Positions 32,399-40,539 of a stretch of 64,000 nucleotides of DNA are shown in pieces. Location of the stretch: positions 1-64,000 of IMG/VR virus record IMGVR_UViG_3300012930_000001, one strand, 5' to 3'. The notes under the pieces were generated by a model. It saw only the letters and a program-made list of their open reading frames with translations, did no database searches and had not been told where the DNA came from. A program made the position numbers and the translations under genes. Source of the DNA: a virus. Position 1 is the stretch's first letter, and the number at the start of each line of letters is the position of its first letter.

Positions 32399-32620
32399 AT
32401 GAATGAGATATTCCCCGGTAAAAAGAAAACCGTCCATCAGGCCTATCGCGGCACCTTCACGAACAGAGTGTATACCGTCAGAAAATCATTTCGTGAGCGG
32501 GCCTGCAAATACTGTCTCGGACTGATTGAGCCTGGCCGCCTGCATTGGGTGTTCGAGGAAAGCTGGCGGTATCACATCAACTGCTTGGAGAAAACAGATG
32601 CCCGACTTTTTAGAAAATGA
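32399..32620 (+). CDS. Hypothetical protein (73 aa)
   Basis: Track ORF; no clear SD. Confidence 0.45.
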   Translation: MNEIFPGKKKTVHQAYRGTFTNRVYTVRKSFRERACKYCLGLIEPGRLHWVFEESWRYHINCLEKTDARLFRK

Positions 32621-33005
32621 AAGAGACGAGCCGGTGGAAGGCGAAACACCCCTTGAGGCAACGTACACGGCGGGCCTCAAGACTTTTCTACTTGACCCCG
32701 AGGCCGAGCATAGCGTAAAAAGCAAAGACGCGTTGAAGGTTCGATATGCACCCGGACAATCGGTCGGACATTTCGCCGCGGCGTGGAGCTCGGTATATGC
32801 GTATGATGTTTGGAACGTCAACAAAGCCCACGGGTACACGGTTTTCTTTTTCCGGGCGCGGATAGGTTTCATATCCGGGCAATGTAATTGCGTGGCCCGG
32901 AAAATTTGCAAGCATATTATACGAGCATGGGAAGTTCACGAATCAGCAGTAGAGGCCGGGTTTGTACCGGCGTTCCCGCCTATGGAGGAAAATGAAAATG
33001 AGTAA
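32598..33005 (+). CDS. SWIM zinc-finger protein
   Basis: GQCNCVARKICKHIIRAW (CxC..CxH). ATG 32598 is preceded by GGAG. Confidence 0.65.
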   Translation: MPDFLENERDEPVEGETPLEATYTAGLKTFLLDPEAEHSVKSKDALKVRYAPGQSVGHFAAAWSSVYAYDVWNVNKAHGYTVFFFRARIGFISGQCNCVARKICKHIIRAWEVHESAVEAGFVPAFPPMEENENE

Positions 33006-33450
33006 ACCTTTAACAATTCTCGACCTGTCAGAATCGTGTAGGAATTTTCACGATGCGGATACGGCAGCCAAACACCTTGCCAGTGAAATACTGTCCGTGG
33101 AAGATAAGCAGCTAATGATAGACCGGCGAAAACAAAGCCAACATTGGGCAGATATGAATGATGCAATCGAGCATGAGCATTCGCTGGCCGCGGCGATGAT
33201 ATATTTCGAGACGATAATAGCTATGACCCACTGGCTCGAACATACTTTAATGCACGTGATGGTGGACGGCAGGGGTGCCGAATTCGAGCGTTACCGCAAG
33301 GCATATGAGAAAGACCTGGGCTGGAAAGTGTCGGTATCGCCGGGCACGGAGCAAATGATAACCGATGGTCTTGACGTCATGAACAACGGCCACATAGTTC
33401 GAGCTACTCCGGATTTTGAGCAAATGAAAGAGGACACATTTGATGAGTGA
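32992..33450 (+). CDS. Hypothetical protein (about 152 aa)
   Basis: Track ORF 32962..33450. ATG 32992 or 32998 follows GGAGGA. Confidence 0.6.
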   Translation: MKMSKPLTILDLSESCRNFHDADTAAKHLASEILSVEDKQLMIDRRKQSQHWADMNDAIEHEHSLAAAMIYFETIIAMTHWLEHTLMHVMVDGRGAEFERYRKAYEKDLGWKVSVSPGTEQMITDGLDVMNNGHIVRATPDFEQMKEDTFDE

Positions 33451-34087
33451 ACCAATCGACAATCGTAAACTTTTCCGCGACCGGCCGAAACCTGACTTCA
33501 ATGAAAACAAGTTCATAGGTCGTCCGGCTGAGGACTCGCTGATACCGATTGCAGACCGCGTGCCTGAGTCTGAGGACAGTGGGGAGGGCACTATATCCAC
33601 TTTCTTTACCGGGTCGTTTAATCAGATGCTACCGAGCATAGTAAACAACCTGAAAATGCAGGCGACAAAGAAGCTAAACAAGATGGAAAACTTTGCAGCA
33701 TTGAGTGACGGTAACGTAGCCGAGATGCCGATACGTTTCATAATGGAAATGCAGGCGGTGATGTCTGGCCGGGGGTTTGATTGGCTGGAAGAGGCGACGG
33801 CTATTCCAAAATATTCGCTTAACAAATTAGGCATGGCCCTTGGTCAAGACTTTCCGAATTTGCTTCGCGACCTCAACGATAAGATGCTTGAGCAAGACCG
33901 GCAACCGATACCGGCCCCGGCTGTTTCGGCCCGCGGGATTTACCTGAACTACAAAACCCCGCATATGCTTTTTGTGGTGTTGGGTGTGGTGGATAAGAGG
34001 TTTGTAAATATCAAACATTCGCTCATGGAATTGTGGGAACCCAGCGATACTGAGGCGAGGACAAAATGGCAGGCAAGCAAAAACTAA
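33440..34087 (+). CDS. Hypothetical protein (215 aa)
   Basis: Track ORF. Confidence 0.65.
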   Translation: MMSEPIDNRKLFRDRPKPDFNENKFIGRPAEDSLIPIADRVPESEDSGEGTISTFFTGSFNQMLPSIVNNLKMQATKKLNKMENFAALSDGNVAEMPIRFIMEMQAVMSGRGFDWLEEATAIPKYSLNKLGMALGQDFPNLLRDLNDKMLEQDRQPIPAPAVSARGIYLNYKTPHMLFVVLGVVDKRFVNIKHSLMELWEPSDTEARTKWQASKN

Positions 34088-34302
34088 TACACCTTGAAAT
34101 GACGGTGCCAGCCGAACGGCGTGAAGGGGTACAGGAATATCTCAACGAAATGAAAGACCGGTTTGAGACGGCTTCGACCCGGCGACCGACCTACGACAAA
34201 GACCGCCCGTATCCGCAGCGATACCCGATGAGTACCTACAACCTTTTGCTGTTGGCGGCGTTCGCGGCGAAACATTTTCCGGTCAAAGAGGTAAGCAAAT
34301 GA
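34066..34302 (+). CDS. Hypothetical protein (78 aa)
   Basis: Track ORF. Confidence 0.5.
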   Translation: MAGKQKLIHLEMTVPAERREGVQEYLNEMKDRFETASTRRPTYDKDRPYPQRYPMSTYNLLLLAAFAAKHFPVKEVSK

Positions 34303-34511
34303 TTGTTAGAGTACGGCTGACTTTTGAATATGAATTTTCTGACGTGGCAGTGCAGGCCAACCGCGCGCAAAGTTTGGAACCACTCGAAGCGGTCGCTGAA
34401 AAGATGGCCCGGCTGGAATTGTTTTCGGCCCGGAAAAAGAAATACTTCGAAAACATTCCCTACGCCGCGGTCAGTCTCGTAAAAGATGCTGACAAGGACA
34501 TACCTTTCTAA
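34299..34511 (+). CDS. Hypothetical protein (70 aa)
   Basis: Track ORF. Confidence 0.5.
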   Translation: MIVRVRLTFEYEFSDVAVQANRAQSLEPLEAVAEKMARLELFSARKKKYFENIPYAAVSLVKDADKDIPF

Positions 34512-35032
34512 TGGATGAGTTAGCTAACATGGTGTTCTGGACACTGATATCCCTCGGAGGCGCTATCTACGCAGCGGGCCGTATTTACACGAGTGTGTAC
34601 AAGGTTCGAGAGCGAACAGAAGTTCAGGTACAAATAATGGAGCGAAACTTTATAGAGATAGAGGCCCAGCTACTTTGCTGTGCCATCGCCCAGCGAGTCT
34701 CAGAGGCAATAATTTCTCAACGTGTCGACCAGGCTGTGGGTCAGGAAATTACGAATATCGTTAACGAGGTAGTGGCCGAACATTTCCTACAAAAGCAGGC
34801 CGGTGTAATTTTAGTTTCGCGCCAAACAGAGGAACGCTCCTTTGTCCCGAACGCGAAGACGCCTACGCAGTCCAAAGAACCGGGCGCGGGTTCCACGGGT
34901 GGGCGTCTTATCGAACACACTCAGCTAGCAGAATGCTTTAATTGTGGCGGGCAGTTTCCAATTGTAGAGCCGGGGCCGCCAATATACCCCGGTCCGATAG
35001 ACGAGATTTTAGCGGAGGAATATGGAAAGTGA
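34511..35032 (+). CDS. Membrane-anchored hypothetical protein (173 aa)
   Basis: N-terminal TM helix MVFWTLISLGGAIYAAG. Confidence 0.6.
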   Translation: MDELANMVFWTLISLGGAIYAAGRIYTSVYKVRERTEVQVQIMERNFIEIEAQLLCCAIAQRVSEAIISQRVDQAVGQEITNIVNEVVAEHFLQKQAGVILVSRQTEERSFVPNAKTPTQSKEPGAGSTGGRLIEHTQLAECFNCGGQFPIVEPGPPIYPGPIDEILAEEYGK

Positions 35033-35435
35033 GACTTGCCAGCGGTGCGGGGTTCCCGGCCCGGATTTACGAACGCTTTGGATGGCGTGCTTTTACGATA
35101 TGAAGGAACTGGAATTACCCTTCGAGCATGTCCAGCTAACCGGGTGTAAAGATAAATTCGACCGGGTAGAGAAAAAGGATTTGTTTCCCAGCGGGCCACT
35201 AATGGAAATAGACCACTTCGTAACCGACCCCGAGGCGAAAGAGCGGACGTTTGGCTTTTTCAATCTGCTTGTGTGTAAAGACTGCCGGGCCGACTGGATG
35301 GGTACGATACAAGAGTGGTTCAAAAACATCGACGTTCAACCGGACGGCATCCCCGGCCTCTACGTTCGAGATAAGGGAGCGACCCGGCTAATGACCGAGG
35401 ATGAAATGGCAGCGAGGTTTACAAAAAATGATTGA
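35022..35435 (+). CDS. Cys-rich hypothetical protein (137 aa)
   Basis: CQRCG...C...CKDC. Confidence 0.6.
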   Translation: MESETCQRCGVPGPDLRTLWMACFYDMKELELPFEHVQLTGCKDKFDRVEKKDLFPSGPLMEIDHFVTDPEAKERTFGFFNLLVCKDCRADWMGTIQEWFKNIDVQPDGIPGLYVRDKGATRLMTEDEMAARFTKND

Positions 35436-36051
35436 TATCAAAACATTGGGGCCGAACCACATAGGCAAGTGGGTGGAGTACGCGGCCCGTGGCGGCGATA
35501 AAAGGGAACGGGGCCGAATTAAGGGCTGGAATAGTCGACACGTCTTTGTCGTTTACAGTTGCGATGACCAGTGGTGGCGGTATCAAGATTTCACCGGTGC
35601 GGCAACCAGCCCACGGGATTTACAATTCATCGAAAACGAAAACCCGGATACCTACCCGCCCGTGGACAGCAAGATAATTTCCTCGGATAGCTTACCGCCG
35701 ATAGTCGACCGGGCCACATTTCTCGCACTGGTAGAAAACTACAACACGGGTCTTGAAAACGAAACAGTGAAAACGACGCCCGAGCTAGACCCCAAGGTGG
35801 ATTTAATCGCCCGCGTTATTCCACCCGAACAGGTCCCGGATTACTGGGCCGGATTCTACACCGGGATATTGGCCATGACCGGCGCGATGGAAGGGTTTAT
35901 AGGGCCGGATGGAAAATTCTTAAAAGAACAGGACGCCCGTGTGTATGGAAATTTCATTGCAATAGCCGCGGTGCTGGCGTATACGAAACAGCGTGAGGCT
36001 GAGTATGATGAGTTCGACCGCATGGGCTACGAGGATTTTACAGGGCTATGA
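35428..36051 (+). CDS. Hypothetical protein (207 aa)
   Basis: Track ORF 35401..36051 trimmed to ATG 35428. Confidence 0.6.
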   Translation: MIDIKTLGPNHIGKWVEYAARGGDKRERGRIKGWNSRHVFVVYSCDDQWWRYQDFTGAATSPRDLQFIENENPDTYPPVDSKIISSDSLPPIVDRATFLALVENYNTGLENETVKTTPELDPKVDLIARVIPPEQVPDYWAGFYTGILAMTGAMEGFIGPDGKFLKEQDARVYGNFIAIAAVLAYTKQREAEYDEFDRMGYEDFTGL

Positions 36052-36239
36052 CATTCAAGGAACTGTTAGACGAAAACTTAAGAGTGGCGATAGAGGAAAA
36101 CGGTTGCACCGAAATGTTGGGGTGGACGCATGAAGAAATAGCCCAGGACCTAATAGACTGGTCGTCTGATTTTGAAGACTCCACGGTAGAACAATTGGTG
36201 CCCCTTATTAAAGCATGGAAAGAAAACAATGAGCGATAG
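36048..36239 (+). CDS. Hypothetical acidic protein (63 aa)
   Basis: Track ORF. Confidence 0.5.
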   Translation: MTFKELLDENLRVAIEENGCTEMLGWTHEEIAQDLIDWSSDFEDSTVEQLVPLIKAWKENNER

Positions 36240-36468
36240 ATACGACGGACAAAGTGAACTCGATTTACACATTCCCTTTGAGGATTCTGAGGACGGCAAG
36301 TCATACGTCGAAACCGACAAGGCCCACGGCATAAAAATCAACGGTCAAATGGTGTGGCTACCAAAGTCCCAGCTTACAGATTTTGAATTAACCAGCGATG
36401 GGGTTTGCTTTCGTATGCCGCAATGGTTGGTCGAGAAAAAATCGCTTGAGATTTTTACGACGGAGTAA
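36229..36468 (+). CDS. Hypothetical protein (79 aa)
   Basis: Track ORF. Confidence 0.5.
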   Translation: MSDRYDGQSELDLHIPFEDSEDGKSYVETDKAHGIKINGQMVWLPKSQLTDFELTSDGVCFRMPQWLVEKKSLEIFTTE

Positions 36469-36472
36469 TGAT

Positions 36473-36694
36473 ATGAGTAGAAAATCTTTCATCAACGTTT
36501 GGAAGTCGACGGAACCCGGCTGTGGCTGTAAACATGAGCAGCATGAGCCGGGTAAATGCACGCAGTGTAATTGTGGTCAGAGTGAAATAGTTCAACTGCA
36601 TGGCCACAATTACACGACGCCTACCCGGCCCGGTTCCGCGTACTACAAGTGGAGTGGTGGTCGCCAAGTTGGCGGCATGTTTCCACTGGACTAA
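36473..36694 (+). CDS. Cys-rich hypothetical protein (73 aa); last gene of the rightward block
   Basis: ATG 36473 is preceded by GGAG. Its stop overlaps the stop of the convergent gene 36691..37320. Confidence 0.5.
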   Translation: MSRKSFINVWKSTEPGCGCKHEQHEPGKCTQCNCGQSEIVQLHGHNYTTPTRPGSAYYKWSGGRQVGGMFPLD

Positions 36695-37320
36695 ACTGCG
36701 GGCGGCGCGGACCAATGCGGATGCACGTCATACGCCCCGGTAAACTTCCAAAATATTGCTTGGTCACATACCCACTCGCGTGCGTGTTCGCCTTCATTGT
36801 GAGTTGACGTTTGCAGATAATCCAGAAAATTCCAAGCTGCTTGAGCCGGTAGAACTATCACAGGCGTTCCCCGGTCGATGCCGTCCGTATATCCAACGTT
36901 CAACGTGGTCCCGGCGCTTTGTACCCCGTACACCAGCAGGGCCGGGGTGCCGTCTTGGTTTGTGGCCATAGGCTCGATGAACCAAACCGGGTAGTCGCCA
37001 GTTGTAGGCATCTTTGTCCATCCAGGGTTGTGATAACTGGTCGCGGCAATCATATCCGCGAGGCCCCGCTGAATGTACCCAGCAACGGTCGGTAGTAAAT
37101 CCTCGGCTATTGGATAAACCGAAAGTATTTCGCCTCCGTCCGGCCGGGCGTAGCTGAAAGGGAACCGGCCTGGAATTGGAACTGACTGGTTTGTGCCGAT
37201 GGGCACTAGCGGCGGATTCTTGAGTTTGTATCTCAGGAAATAAATCAGTCCCGCCACCCCGAGCGATATCAACGCGATAATGAAACCCCAAGTTGTTTTA
37301 CCGATAAAAAGCAGATTCAT
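36691..37320 (-). CDS. Membrane-anchored protein (209 aa); last gene of the late block
   Basis: ATG 37320 is preceded by GGAGG. N-terminal TM helix TTWGFIIALISLGVAGLIYFL. Confidence 0.6.
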   Translation of the reverse strand: MNLLFIGKTTWGFIIALISLGVAGLIYFLRYKLKNPPLVPIGTNQSVPIPGRFPFSYARPDGGEILSVYPIAEDLLPTVAGYIQRGLADMIAATSYHNPGWTKMPTTGDYPVWFIEPMATNQDGTPALLVYGVQSAGTTLNVGYTDGIDRGTPVIVLPAQAAWNFLDYLQTSTHNEGEHAREWVCDQAIFWKFTGAYDVHPHWSAPPAV

Positions 37321-37443
37321 AAAAACCTCCACTGGTAAGAAGAGAATGGCCTTGCCGTGGGCTGGATTGCCGCCCCTGAGAGGCGTTTGGCCTCTCGGAG
37401 GCCCTTACCCCCCGCGTTTTTCCGCCCGAGGGCCTATAGAGCC

Positions 37444-37998
37444 TTAGAAGTGCAAAGTGTAAAAAGCAGGGCGGGTAGGCGGTGCCCCGGTTATCACGTT
37501 CACAATTCCACCGGCTTGCCCGACCCGATGCCCGGCGAAATATCCCGCGGCCCCACCAGCAACGGCGCCGGTAATCAGCCACCACTTACGGCCGGATTTT
37601 AGACTGGCAATATCCGAGTTCAATTCCGCAATGTGTTTGCGGTCGGCGTCGGCTTGGTCGTGTAGAATTTTGTTAGCCGTCTGCAGGTCAACTATCGCCT
37701 TGGCATTCTCATCCACTCGCCCGCCTTGTACGCGGTCGGCCCGGTCCTTTTCGGATTCGTATAATTCTTTCCAATGAGCGCTTGAGTTTTTCCACCCGGT
37801 AACTTGAGCCTCGGCCTCATCCGCACGGGCCTGTTGATAGTCACGGTCCGCTGCCAGCTTTCGCAGTTGCTTTACATCTTCCGCAGGTAGCGTCACTGAG
37901 CCGGAAACCTGACTTAGCGAAGTCTGCACACATACCACAAAGCTGATTATCAAAATCAGTATCGGCGTCAATCTCGTCATATTTTTTGTTCCTCTCAT
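37444..37998 (-). CDS. Signal/TM - coiled coil - C-terminal Gly-zipper TM protein (spanin-like?)
   Basis: Track ORF; alternative ATG at 37980. N-terminal LTPILILIISFVVC and C-terminal WWLITGAVAGGAAGYFAG. Overlaps the upstream gene by about 140-158 nt in another frame. Confidence 0.5.
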   Translation of the reverse strand: MRGTKNMTRLTPILILIISFVVCVQTSLSQVSGSVTLPAEDVKQLRKLAADRDYQQARADEAEAQVTGWKNSSAHWKELYESEKDRADRVQGGRVDENAKAIVDLQTANKILHDQADADRKHIAELNSDIASLKSGRKWWLITGAVAGGAAGYFAGHRVGQAGGIVNVITGAPPTRPAFYTLHF

Positions 37999-38347
37999 CT
38001 AAAAGTTTTGTCAGGTTCGCCGCGTCACCGTTTAGCTTGGCGTCCGACTGTTTGAGAATTTCCGCGGTAGCCTCGTTTTGCTTTTTCAGCAATGCATTTT
38101 CCGCGGCAAGCTGTTGCTCGTTTTTTATGTGCTGGGCCGCCGAACTTTCCGCCACTGCAACCTTTGCAAGATTCGCGTCACGGTCGGCAAGGTATTGGTC
38201 ATCAGACGCGGCCCGCCCGTGTATCCGGCCAAAGATGTATGCGGTCAACAAAGCACCCAAACAAACAAGCAAAAGAATGCCCACCCATATGAATTTTTTC
38301 TTTGGGGTGAGCCCGTCGAATTTGTCTACTAAAACCTGTGCACCCAT
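37841..38347 (-). CDS. Type II membrane coiled-coil protein (i-spanin-like)
   Basis: N-terminal TM helix FIWVGILLLVCLGALLTAYIF followed by a long Ala/Gln/Lys-rich helical region. Confidence 0.5.
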   Translation of the reverse strand: MGAQVLVDKFDGLTPKKKFIWVGILLLVCLGALLTAYIFGRIHGRAASDDQYLADRDANLAKVAVAESSAAQHIKNEQQLAAENALLKKQNEATAEILKQSDAKLNGDAANLTKLLDERNKKYDEIDADTDFDNQLCGMCADFAKSGFRLSDATCGRCKATAKAGSGP

Positions 38348-38354
38348 ATTATTT

Positions 38355-39410
38355 TTACTCCACTATCTCTATCGCGTTAACCAAACAATTCACACCCGCT
38401 ACTCGCGTCACGTCTATAGCCATCACCCCGAGGGCCGTACTATTTACCGTGAATAGTTTTTCCACTGCGACAAACCCCGCGGCGGTTGTAATGTTCGGAG
38501 CCTGTGTAACACCGTTGGCTTGGACAGACGCCGTGCGCGACGTGTCAACAAAACAGAAAATCAACCGACAGTTGTAAGCGTGCGAAGCTTTCAAGCCCGG
38601 TATCGAATAATGGACTGCGACCGGGTCAAATCGACAGTACCGTAGAAGTTCATCGGGCGGAACCGGCGCGCTCAACCCACTACTATTCACCGCGACCGGC
38701 CCGGCGTAATAAGAATCTGCGTTTGTAAAATAGACGTCAGACAGCCAATCGTTCAAAGTCTTAAACTCTCCGCAGTTGATACGGAGCGTGGTAGGTGCCG
38801 CCGCGGGCTCAAGAGTGTTTTGATAATCACCGCGGACAGCGAACGTCATCGACCACCACTGCGCCCCGTCGAATTTATACGAGATAGCCGATTCGAACCG
38901 CACGAGGTTCAACATGCCCGTTTCGATATCGAGATAATAGAACGGCGTCACCTTGCGATGGAACCGCCAAAACTCGCGGGCCGCTTCCATTTCCGGCCGC
39001 GACCGTCTTTCACACGATAGGCTTAAGGCAACCTCTTGCGGATAGTCCTCACGGAAATATCGAGTACCGCCGCGGGCTCGGGCCATCTTTGTATCGCTGT
39101 CCAATTGAGTCTCGTAGCCGAGGTTCGGCTGCAATGGAAACGTCCCGCTTACCTGAATGGCAACCGTACCGCTGCCGCCCGCGCCCGTGTCCAGGCCGGT
39201 GATAATTACCGACTGGCTTTTGTTCGCCGGTATGTAGGCCGCCGACGTCGAAGACAGCCCTTGGAACGTTCCACCCTTGCCGCCGTCCGACCAGTTCACG
39301 GTGCCGGTCGCTCCCGCCGTGGCCGTGACAATCGGAAACACCAAATCGCCGTCAACCCACTGGCTTCCGGCACGGTACGAAATTTTCGATGTAGTGATTG
39401 TCAGAGCCAT
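38355..39410 (-). CDS. Virion/fibre-type protein with C-terminal malectin-like carbohydrate-binding domain
   Basis: LRINCGEF...WLSDVYF...YCRF...YSIPGL..HAYNCRLIFCF...VQANGV...LVNAIEIVE follows the malectin pattern (inCGG..W..D..F...Y.v.LhFaE...NaIEi). Confidence 0.6.
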   Translation of the reverse strand: MALTITTSKISYRAGSQWVDGDLVFPIVTATAGATGTVNWSDGGKGGTFQGLSSTSAAYIPANKSQSVIITGLDTGAGGSGTVAIQVSGTFPLQPNLGYETQLDSDTKMARARGGTRYFREDYPQEVALSLSCERRSRPEMEAAREFWRFHRKVTPFYYLDIETGMLNLVRFESAISYKFDGAQWWSMTFAVRGDYQNTLEPAAAPTTLRINCGEFKTLNDWLSDVYFTNADSYYAGPVAVNSSGLSAPVPPDELLRYCRFDPVAVHYSIPGLKASHAYNCRLIFCFVDTSRTASVQANGVTQAPNITTAAGFVAVEKLFTVNSTALGVMAIDVTRVAGVNCLVNAIEIVE

Positions 39411-39420
39411 TGTTTATCTC

Positions 39421-39687
39421 TTATGCACTGATTATTTCATCCGCTTCTTCGGTGAAGCGTTCAATAGTTTCGCCGGGCGATTCCTTTTCGTAAACCTCAT
39501 CCCCGACTAACCAGTCTTGAATTTCGTGCAACTTTTCGTGGCACGCATTCGCCGTATTTATATCGCTGTTGTCTATCAGCGTGTTCAAGGTTTCGGCCCG
39601 GCAACTCAGCACGTAGACCGAACCCTCGGTAGCGTTGCCCATTAATTCGGCAAACTTTTCTCGAATGATTATTTGATTATGTGGCAC
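39421..39687 (-). CDS. Hypothetical acidic protein (88 aa)
   Basis: Track ORF. Confidence 0.55.
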   Translation of the reverse strand: MPHNQIIIREKFAELMGNATEGSVYVLSCRAETLNTLIDNSDINTANACHEKLHEIQDWLVGDEVYEKESPGETIERFTEEADEIISA

Positions 39688-40074
39688 CTATTGCTCCTTT
39701 GGTTGTGGCCTGCTCGGTTCATCGGGCTGAATGCAGGGCTCGTCAATCATTAACGTTGGCGGCGGCTTAAGTTTTTCCTGTCGAATCCACTCTTGCAGCG
39801 CCGCCAAATCATCAAACTTTTTTTCACATTTAGAACGATACCCTTCCATTTTCTTTCGGATATCTGTTTCTCGCCAAGCATCCAGACCATTCATGCGGTC
39901 CGAAATTGCAAGCCATGCAAAACCCATGGTCGCAAAAACTGCGATAGCCAGGCAAACTATTGAAAGTACCATCCCAATGCCGCCGCGTTGACTGTTCTGT
40001 ACATAGTTGGGCTCTGCTAGATCATCAGTAGCCCTCCCGTTGCCGCCCCAGTGCGAGGGAGAATTATTAACCAT
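39688..40074 (-). CDS. Single-pass membrane protein (128 aa)
   Basis: TM helix GIGMVLSIVCLAIAVFATMGFAWLAI. Confidence 0.55.
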   Translation of the reverse strand: MVNNSPSHWGGNGRATDDLAEPNYVQNSQRGGIGMVLSIVCLAIAVFATMGFAWLAISDRMNGLDAWRETDIRKKMEGYRSKCEKKFDDLAALQEWIRQEKLKPPPTLMIDEPCIQPDEPSRPQPKEQ

Positions 40075-40077
40075 TGT

Positions 40078-40431
40078 TTATTCCTCATCGGATAGTTTCA
40101 GCTTTAGTTTCTTTTGAGCAAACTTCCGAATGTAATTCAAGAAATCATCCTTCACCGCAAGGACAATCTGATACCCGAGCAAACTTGAAATTCCGATGAT
40201 GCCGGTAAACAGTGATGTATCCGGTGTTGCTCGGAGCCACGTTAAATAACTATACGACGATAAGCTGGTAAAAACCTCAGCCACCGCGGGGCCAATAACG
40301 AGAGCCGCGAATAGACCTGCCAGCAAAGCAAATACCGCTTCCGGTATACGCCTTGGTTTTGCCAGTAAGACACCTAGTAGGAGGCCTAATACACCAGCCA
40401 AGAGTATAAGGTAGTCATTCGGTTTCGCCAT
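40078..40431 (-). CDS. Holin-like protein with three TM helices (start uncertain: 40431, 40449 or 40458)
   Basis: Three hydrophobic segments and a charged C-terminus KKLKLKLSDEE. Lies adjacent to the lysin gene. Confidence 0.5.
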   Translation of the reverse strand: MAKPNDYLILLAGVLGLLLGVLLAKPRRIPEAVFALLAGLFAALVIGPAVAEVFTSLSSYSYLTWLRATPDTSLFTGIIGISSLLGYQIVLAVKDDFLNYIRKFAQKKLKLKLSDEE

Positions 40432-40539
40432 TGTGTTTTCTCTTTGCATCTTTATCATAAACCCCTTGTAAAACACCCTGCCGCATATCGGGTGTTTTTG
40501 ATAGAACCGTGAGCCCGCACGCAAGAATTCTGATGAGGG

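Noticed and set aside
37965-37998. Lipoprotein signal (o-spanin or u-spanin) at the N-terminus of 37444..37998
   Set aside because: The only Cys follows F-V-V, which does not fit the lipobox [LVI][ASTVI][GAS]C. It is kept only as 'spanin-like'.
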